Assembly: GCA_030265395.1 (NCBI GenBank)
Contig: JARFYF010000112.1
Coordinates: 15,700,289-15,764,288 of the forward strand
Reading direction: 5' to 3'
From: Rhina ancylostomus
Taxonomy: Eukaryota
DNA length: 64,000 nt
A program made the translations under genes and the position numbers. The first letter of the stretch is position 1, and every line of letters begins with the position of its first letter. The notes beneath the pieces are model-generated. The model worked only from the letters and a program-made list of their open reading frames with translations. It was not told the DNA's origin and searched no databases. This document shows, in pieces, positions 55,241 to 64,000 of the stretch.

Positions 55241-57754
55241 TGTGCTTTCTGTTCATGTGCTGCCTGTAAATAGAATTGAAGAAAGAAATGGGAGGTACTC
55301 CTTTTGTTCCATCATATTTTACTCCTGATCAGTCTGCTAAATCTACCAGCAGGTGCTCTGAAGCTATTGGGTTAGGCTCGACTCTAGCTCCCAGCTTCCA
55401 AAATGCAACAATAAAGACATTGATACAGCAGTTGTGTGAGGATACCAACATTCATCAAATTGTAAAAAAGATCAGATTCAGAAGCATATTGTCCAAAAGA
55501 TCTACAACTTCATGATATTCAACCAAAGAAAGCAAATGCCAGAAATTTCCAGTTGATAATGTATTCAGCCAGCAGAAATATTCAAGTAGCTCATGCAGTA
55601 TCTGGATCTTAGAAGAAATGTATTCTGCCTTTTAAACGTTCATAATTCCCATAACTAGAGAGCAGAGTCAACCTTAAATTTTATAGCATTCAGCTGTTCT
55701 CCTGAACTTGCAATGACAACCTAGAAGTTGTTCCAGCTGATTGGTCTGTTGCAAAGAGAAACATCACAGATCACAGTCTAGAAATTAATAGGAATGGGCA
55801 AATCCACTGTGTTCCTTCTCCCCCCCCAAAAAAAAACAGGTTAGCAACTATAGAAAAAAGAAAATGAATCTAGCAATATCTGTAATATGTACCAACAGCA
55901 TTCCAGGAAAACATACCTATTCATTCCCTTGAAGTGTCCATGTTTAGATAATTGGAGACATTAAAACATATCACAATTGTGTGATCAGAAACCATGGGGG
56001 GGGGGGGGGGAGAGAAAAAAAAAAGAGGGATCTAAACCATTTCTAACAACTGATTTTATTGCATCCAAGCCATTCAAATAAAAAATTTTAAGTAACTACT
56101 CATTTGCACCTTTCTTCCCATAAGGGTGGGGAAGTGAATGACTACCAGTCTTCGAGTTGGGGATCCCAGAAACTATTGGCAAGCTTACTATTGGGGGACA
56201 GATTTAAACCTCAGTTGTGGGAATAAGTACTCAAAGGCCAGACGGACTCATCCCATTGAATCTGGCCAATAGGTTGACGGATTAAACAGCAGACAAAAGT
56301 ATGCAATATCATTTGCAATGTCATGATTTAGTAAATGGAAGATTAGAATTTCTCATTATTGGATACAACTTAAAAATACTGCTATTTTGTTCCATATGTT
56401 GATCACCAACTGGGTGAGTCCATCATGGACCCTTTGGACAATAATCCAAACAGCTCCATCTTCTTCATCTGCTGACCTTCCCCAATGATCACTAACAAAC
56501 TAACCTAAAATCAACAATGCATCATCACTCCATATCTAGTGATTTACAGCCAACACCTTTCTGTTCATTTTATTGCAGAATTTATTGATCTCCCAGCTTG
56601 TTGAAATGCTTTGTCTTGACCAGCAAGACACATCCTGATCCCTTCACTAATTCCTTGGCATCGTTGAGCACTCCATTTTGCTGTGCATCTTGAAACCCTG
56701 CCGACCCTAGTTTTTAAGGAAAAAGTCATTCCCCACTGTGTTTCCTGGCCTTCTCCAAATTCACCTACCTCTAAGTCCTCATTAAATTGCACTTGAGAAA
56801 CTCTTATGCCTATATCCCTTGCTCTCCATTTCTATAGACTTAAATCATTAACAAATGGTTAAAGTGCAAACTCTTTTCAACTCAGACAGAAGACCAAAGC
56901 TTCCCACTGCCATCAGCCTCTTTCCCCACCTGCAATATCTTAAAGTTCATCACAAAAACTATGAATTTTGCATCTGCCTTGCCTTCAAGTCCTCTACATC
57001 ATGTAGACCCATACCACATACAAAGCATTCATCAACTTGTCTTTCAACTCAGCCCATTTCCAACAGAAAACCTTTTCACTGACCATCTTCCATGCTTGAC
57101 TACTGCAATTCTTCTAACTGAGAATACAGCAAGAATAAAAAGTATGTTTGATTTGGTGGGAGGATTTATGTGAAAGGAGTTTCAGTAGCTCAGAAAAGTA
57201 CATCTGCATTTCTGAAGAAGATATCTGAATAACATTCTAATTCATATTCAAAAACAAACCTTCTGCCCTTATTGGCTGAAGTTTCAGAATATACATTTCT
57301 CATTTCCTGATTTGTCCAGTGAATTGTGGGCCCAGAAGCTTGGAAAAGCCATTCTTAACATGACCTCACTAGTGACAAACTACAGATCAGCAAACCAATA
57401 ATCAGCTGTGTTAATGCTATTATGACAACGACGGAAGCAGCACAAAGTGAAATTCTGTTTACAATTTTGCAGCTTTTACCCAGGGAGATTATGATCACAT
57501 AATTCTCAGCTCTACTTCAATATTAGTGATGCTTTTTTTTGGGTGGGGGGGGTCAGTTGGGAGAGGAACTGGTTAGTGATATTAATGTTGTTCCCCAGAA
57601 TATCATCCAACACTCCAGAGATATGGGGTGATACTGGAAGATAAAAATACCAGTAAGTCCCTGAAAAAAAAATGTAAAATTAACCACTTCCCTTCTCTCC
57701 ACCCCTGATAAACCAACACCCATGTGAATCAAACATTGTACATACAAGATCAAC

Positions 57755-57760
57755 TTTATT
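57755..57760 (-). terminator. Probable proximal polyadenylation signal (AATAAA) of the SUMO gene
   Basis: AATAAA on the minus strand about 220 nt after the stop, followed by GT-rich sequence (gggtgttggttt). Confidence 0.6.
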
Positions 57761-57982
57761 GGGATTAATCCAAAATACAAAGAAAACAAAATCAGTTTCC
57801 GGAAAGTAAAACAATGCAAAAAAAAAGCAAACTTATTGCAAAGATGGCACACAGCTCCTTAAACAACCCCACCAACATCATAACACCCCAAATATTGCAG
57901 ATTGTTCAGAATAGAGTAAAATACAGTGTGTTGAAAGAACATGTACATTGTGTGGAACATTATTTACATTAAATTACTGAGG

Positions 57983-58045
57983 TTAGCAAATTCCTCCCGT
58001 CTGCTGCTGGAATACGTCAATGGTGTCTTCGTCTTCCATTTCCAA
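57983..58045 (-). CDS. SUMO2/3: SUMO2/3-family gene, last coding exon, 63 nt including the stop
   Basis: cttctctccttggcag|TTGGAA...TGCTAA gives LEMEDEDTIDVFQQQTGGIC*, with an intact diglycine and a 2-residue tail. Confidence 0.95.
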   Translation of the reverse strand: MEMEDEDTIDVFQQQTGGIC

Positions 58046-59013
58046 CTGCCAAGGAGAGAAGAATTATTCTGTCATCCATTTATCAAAATAAAGAATATTG
58101 CACATCAATGTCCACCAATTAAAAGTGATCTTTTCTCAGATTGATTCCCCTTTCCCAACCCCTATTAAATATTCAGGCATGACTTGGAAAATACAATCAA
58201 ATCCTGCATGCTGGATCCATCCAAATTTAACTTTAGGTGCATCCTTCACATTTCCAGCAATTAAATGCATTATCCCAAATAGGCCGAGGCAACTCCAATA
58301 GAATATCATTGGTTCTTTAAGAGCCTCATGTTATCTCCATTGATTCTTAAACATACCCAGTTCAAAATTCATTTTCTTCCAGGAAAGAGCTGTGCTGGGA
58401 TTTCATCACACATCCCAACTTTTGAAAGCTAGAGGGTACTCCAGTTTCATATGCATATTAAACTGCAGTTGATGCTGCCAAGATTATACACAAGTTTCAA
58501 CTAAAACATTCAGAATTCTGCATATTTTCCCTACTGAGTACAAAATTTCTACAATCAGTACCCTAAAAAATCTGCAGCAAACCCTCACCAAGTAACCAAT
58601 ATGTAGATTTTGCAATCAGTTTGTTCCAAATTTATCTTTAAGTAACAAAACTTGACCAAAACTGCAAAATGCAGAAAAAACTCGTGAGCAACTGAACAAA
58701 TTAACCCTTTGAGCAGGTCCTTTCCCCCAAATTGTTAGTCTTTTCAAACTAACANNNNNNNNNNNNNNNNNNNNNNNNNNNNNNNNNNNNNNNNNNNNNN
58801 NNNNNNNNNNNNNNNNNNNNNNNNNNNNNNNNNNNNNNNNNNNNNNNNNNNNNNNNNNNNNNNNNNNNNNNNNNNNNNNNNNNNNNNNNNNNNNNNNNNN
58901 NNNNNNNNNNNNNNNNNNNNNNNNNNNNNNNNNNNNNNNNNNNNNNNNNNNNNNNNNNNNNNNNNNNNNNNNNNNNNNNNNNNNNNNNNNNNNNNNNNNN
59001 NNNNNNNNNNNNN

Positions 59014-59162
59014 AGAAAGGCACATGGATAATAGAGAAAAAAAAAATGGAGGGGTATGCGGGAGGAAATGGTTAGATTGATCTTAGAGTAGGTTAAAAGG
59101 TCTGCATAACATTGGGGGGGGGGGGGGGGCCAAAGGGCCTGTAATGTGCTGTTATGTTCTAA
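59014..59162 (+). mobile_element. CR1 3' tail emerging from a gap, inside the last SUMO intron
   Basis: ggcacatggat…gggccaaagggcctgtaatgtgctgttatgttcta. Confidence 0.75.
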
Positions 59163-59594
59163 ATACAGAGTGGCCAATCCCCTTTTTGTCTATAGGTTCA
59201 ACATCAAGTTCCCTGTCACTTAAATCATCTATTCTTTGGATTTTCAGGAAAGCAATGCTCAATACCAATTTGTTCATTAGCCTCAATATTGACTTTGATA
59301 ATTGAAATAATTTTAATTTTATCCTTTCTTTGGAAAAGCACTCAGAATCTGGGATGGGTGTGCTAAGCTTTACAATAATAATTAGGATGGAGGAGAATGG
59401 TGAACGACCTAGAAGGCAAGCATTCCCTGGCCCTGGACAAATAGTGCAAACCAGAAACTGGAAAGCTGATTTGGCAACAGTGGCCTACGCTTCATGGTTC
59501 TTTTGATAAAAGTGCAATATAATGGAGATCTTTAAAAGGCAAGCATTAAGATTTGCATTTGTTTCAAAGATATTTTCAATCCAAGGTTACTCAC

Positions 59595-59666
59595 CATAGC
59601 TGGAGTATCAGTTTCATTTATTGGCTGCCCATCGAAGCGAAACCTGATCTGTCTGATCTGCAAGCC
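59595..59666 (-). CDS. SUMO2/3: SUMO2/3-family gene, penultimate exon, 72 nt
   Basis: ttctgcttgcag|GGCTTG...GCTATG|gtgagt gives [24 protein letters not shown], versus SUMO2/3 [24 protein letters not shown]. The earlier exons were not found in the window. Confidence 0.95.
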
Positions 59667-61044
59667 CTGCAAGCAGAATATATTCAGCATAAAAATGATA
59701 AATTTCAGTAGGCTAGTACTTGCAATTCCATATTTTAACTGTGCTCTAAATTTTGCATGCTATCTTTTCATTTATGCAACCTTGGTCTCAATACATCCAA
59801 GCTGATGGCATTTAAGACCTTAACCACCAAGTTTAGATGGTGCTCTAGTAGTAGTGATCCTCAAAAAGATAAACTATTTGACTTGAAACAGTAAACATGG
59901 TTTTCCCAAACAACCCACCATATCTTTGGTATCTTCAAGTCCATCTCTGACACCTTCAAAGAACAAGTTTGGGATTTTGACTCCAACTTTATCCTTTCAA
60001 CCCACTATCCTCATTTTAAATATAAAGAATTTCATCCAAAACCATTTACTATATCCATATTTCAAACAGACTTTGTTTACATAGAGATTTCAGCTGCTTT
60101 TTCTTAGTCTCTCAGCTGTTCTTGTATTGAGCATGAGCACAGAAAAAAAGTTCCAGTTATGACCATGCATCCTATGAAATGTATGAAAGAGTAATACAGG
60201 ACACCATTATGAGATAGACTCAATTCCGTATTTTTTTACCCCATACAAGTCTTATTCGACTCTAAGAATAGCACCAATTACATAAAATATGAACAAACAC
60301 TAATTGACACCACATGTACAACTGTTCTATAAAAACTTGGAAGCGTAATCTTGGTTTGAAAAGACAGTTTGAGAGAAACATTATCCAACAAGACTGGCCT
60401 CCATTAAATTCACAGCACATACCATTTCCACTTGTGGTTTGATAGTCAACTCTTATGTCACGTCAATAAATTATTACCTGCCTACTTACAATTTCTAGCA
60501 ATCGAGTATTGCCACTACATTGTTCCAGTACTTTGTTCAAATCTCTCCCAAATGTCAGATAACAGCTCTACCCAGCACTGAATAGCATCCTTCCATGATG
60601 TTTNNNNNNNNNNNNNNNNNNNNNNNNNNNNNNNNNNNNNNNNNNNNNNNNNNNNNNNNNNNNNNNNNNNNNNNNNNNNNNNNNNNNNNNNNNNNNNNNN
60701 NNNGTGTTTCATTTTTCCTCACAATCCCACCCAATTCCCAATCCAATACACAATCCATTTGCTTTCTTTTGTAACATTCAACAATCGATTACAGCATCTT
60801 TCTATTCTTAACTTTCTCCTCTACCCCACCCCACCACCTCCTCTACCTACCTTAATATTCTATCAAATTACAATTGTCTTTTCACCCAATCATAGATGTT
60901 TATTTTTGTTTCTCAGACTGGCTTTTATTCTGCATGTTCAATATTAGTTTTAAAAGAATTTAACTTTGAGATTATAATTTTTTCCAATGTGATTTTCATT
61001 TAGAAATTGCTTTATCAGAAAACCATAATCACCAATTTCCCAAT

Positions 61045-61462
61045 TACACCAGGATGTTGCCTGGAATGGAGGGCTTTGGATACAAGGAGAGATTGGATAG
61101 GCTGGGATTGTTCTTACTGGAGCACACGATGATGAGGAGTGATCCCCCTCCAATGGTAGGGATGTCTAAAACTAGAGAACATAGGCTTAAGATGAGAAGG
61201 GAAATATTTAAAGGAGATCTGAGGGGCAAGATCGCCCCTGCCCCACCACCACAAAAGGTACTCAGTGTATGGAACAAGTTGCTATAGGTGGGGGTAAAGG
61301 CAGGAGGCAGGTGCATCACTGTGTTTAAAAAGCATTTGGACAAGTACATGGATAAGAAAGGAATAGAAGTGCATGAGCCAAGTGCAAGAACATGGGATTA
61401 ACATAGATAGGCATCTTTGTTGGCATGGACTAGTTGGGCCAAAGGGCCTGTTTGTGTTGTAC
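61045..61462 (+). mobile_element. CR1 3' fragment
   Basis: MLPGMEGFGYKERLDRLGLFLLE…TREHRLKM, plus the gggccaaagggcctgttt tail. Confidence 0.85.
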
Positions 61463-61984
61463 CTTAACGCCAGCTTTCAACATTCAGGCATAGTGCTAGC
61501 CTGGCTCAACTTGTCGCTTTCATCTTTGATCAAAAGATTTGCCTCAGTAATCATGTCCAACTTCGCCCTTGAAAATGTACTGTGTCAGAAGTATTTCCAA
61601 GTCTTAAACCAATTTAACAACGTGTTTGAGAAAACAAGCAGGTTACAGTTAGGGCAAGGGGTGGAGAGGAGAGAACAGATGTGATGTACACGATAGGCTG
61701 CAAACCAAAGCTGTCAAGGTAACAGTTACTTTAAAGAAAACAGCAGATGGAGACAAAAATAAAGAGAAACAAATAAAACTACAGTTATTTTAAAGTAGTT
61801 GTTACCTTGACAACTTTGATCTGCACACCACAGATATTCCTTCGTTGTCTCCACAACCCCTCCCACACAAAATACTTCCGGTTCTGACTAATGCTCCTTG
61901 ACTCAAACAAACTCCCTCCTGTTTGATCTGGTATGTGCTTCCAACATTGGTTTTAGAACACATTAGAAAACATTCTATTTTTAA

Positions 61985-64000
61985 AGAAAATAGGAATAGG
62001 CCACCAGGCTGTTCAAGCTTGCCTCAGCATTTAATATGATCATAGCTGATCCAAGCTGGCCTCAACTCATCTTGTGTTATTTCTCTATACTCATCCACCA
62101 CCACCTAAAGTACTTCTAATGATCCAGCTTTCACTACCCACCAGGACAGAATTCCAGAGGTCCATTACCTCCTGCAAGAAGAAATTTCTACATACCCTAG
62201 TTCTAAATGACCAGGCTCTTATCTTGCAATTATGTCCCCTTATTCAAGACTCCCTCTGATGAAAACATCCCAACATCTACTGTCAAGCCCCCTTAGGATC
62301 TTTTTGGGTCACACCTCATTTTTCTGAACTCCAAGGAATACAAGCCCAAAATATTTAGTATTTCTCAGTCGAACAACCCTCCCATCCCAAGAATTAGCCT
62401 GTTGAATCTCCTTTGTATTCTTGCAATTTTACTACATCTTTGATGAGGCAAGGGAACCAAAACTGTACGCAGTATTCCAGACAAGGCCTCACCAACACCT
62501 TATACAATTGCAACAAAACCTCCCTATTTTTAAACTTCAATTCCTTTGCAATGAAGGCCAACCTGAAAAATGTTTATTAAACCCACCTGCTAGCTTTTTG
62601 AGATTTATGCACCAGAACACCTAGATCCCTTAGTACCTCACTCACTTGCAGTCCCATCTGCCTTCTGATTTCTCTTGTGTATGACCTCACATCCCCACAT
62701 TAAACTCCAATTACCAGCCTTTTGCCCAATCACAATCTTTCAGAACCGAAGTACAGGAAGGAGATAGAGAGTCTATTAGCATGGTGTCAAGACAACAATC
62801 TTTTCCTCAATGTCAGCAAAATGAAGGAGCTGGTCATCGACTTCAGGAAGTGGGGTGGAGTACACATCCATGTCTGTATCAATGATGCTGAGGTGGACAT
62901 GTTTGAGAGCTTCAAGTTCCTAGGTGTAAATATTATCAATTTGTTCTGGTCCAGCACCAGGACACTATGGCCAAGATAACACACCAACATCTCTACTTTC
63001 TCAGAAGGCTAAATAAATCCCGTATGTCCCCAATGACTCTTGCCAATTTTTTTTTTAAACAGATGCACCATAGAAAGCATCCTGCCCAGATAAAAGAGTT
63101 TGGTATGGCAATGCTCTGCCCAAGACAACAAGAAATTGCAGAGAGTTGTGAATGCAGCCCAGTCCACTATGCAAACCAGACTCCCCTCCATTGACTCAGT
63201 CTATACCCTGCTGCCTCAAGAAAGCAGCTAACATAATCAAAGACCTACCTAATCTCGTCAGTCATTCTTCTCCGTCAGGCAGAAGATACAAAAGCTTGAG
63301 ACCACATACCACCAGACTTGAGGACAGCTTCAATCTCACTGTTAACAAACACTTGAACAGACCTCTCATACACTAAAAGATGAACTCTTGATCTCCCAAT
63401 CTACCTTGTCATGCCCTGGCACAGTCTACCTGCACTGAACTTTCCCTGTAACAGCAACACTATATTGCGCATTGTGTTTCATTTTACTACCTTGACGTAA
63501 TGATGTATGGATGACCTGTCTGGATGGCATGCAGAAAAACTTTTCACAGTATCTTGGTACATATGACAATAATACACCAATCCAAGCTTTATCATAACAG
63601 GCCCTTCCACCTATTTTCATATATCTGGCAAATTTGGAAATCTTACAGTCTCATCCTCCAGGTCTTTAATGTAAATCGTGAACAATTGCAGAATGATCAA
63701 GAACTGATCCCTGTTGTATTCCACTAGTTACATCCTTCCAGTTTGAAAAGGACCCATTTATTCCAACTGTTTTCAATTTATTCTAACATTCTTCCTCTGA
63801 TACCATGGATTTTAATTTATGCATCAGCCTTTTATGTGGCACCTTGTCAAATGACTGTTGGAAATCAAATACACTACATCTACAGGTTCCCTTTTGTCAA
63901 CTCTCCCTGTTACATCTTCAAAGAATTCAAGCAAATTTTTCAAACATTTCTTTCATAAAAACTACCGACTAGGTTTGATTATATTCAGCTTTCCTAAATG
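61985..64000 (-). mobile_element. Old CR1-like LINE interrupted by a Rex/Babar-like LINE
   Basis: Tail aggaataggccacc…, aactgtacgcagtattccagacaaggcctcacc; the element resumes after about 63590. Confidence 0.7.
62740..63582 (+). mobile_element. Rex1/Babar-like LINE 3' fragment
   Basis: YRKEIESLLAWCQDNNLFLNVSKMKELVIDFRK…ESFKFLGVNI, HLYFLRRL and PSGRRYKSL…TTRL, with the matching tail. Confidence 0.85.

Noticed and set aside
38700-57500. Expected JPT2/HN1L gene between SUMO and MAPK8IP3
   Set aside because: No PPGG-repeat exons were found by eye. A tblastn search would be needed to exclude it fully.
59667-64000. SUMO exons 1-2 (…HINLKVAGQDGS…)
   Set aside because: Not visible. They are probably beyond the window, or possibly in the gap at 60604-60703.

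Overview
This is eukaryotic, repeat-rich genomic DNA with twelve N gaps. The repeat content (CR1/HER1-like LINEs, tRNA-derived V-SINEs, SacSINE1-like DeuSINEs, Penelope-type hairpin ends) points to a cartilaginous fish, probably an elasmobranch; this is an inference. Two spliced protein-coding genes lie on the minus strand, and the ORF track shows neither in its true frame. (1) The 5' part of MAPK8IP3/JIP3 has coding exons at 13524-13644, 11069-11139 and 7813-7907, plus a 24-nt microexon at 2950-2973. Its CpG-rich promoter is at about 38.1-38.6 kb, and the ATG exon is most likely hidden in the N gap at 37649-38076. (2) The last two exons of a SUMO2/3-type gene are at 59595-59666 and 57983-58045, ending QQQTGG-IC*, about 19 kb upstream of JIP3. 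The best leads are a SUMO2/3 paralogue at a locus where mammals have none, the regulatory architecture around the JIP3 microexon, a minimal hammerhead-ribozyme motif in a Penelope-type repeat, and two strong intronic fold-back hairpins. I found no prokaryotic-type system (CRISPR, operon) and no clearly new biological system. Repeat family names come from recalled motifs, not a database search, and repeat boundaries are approximate.
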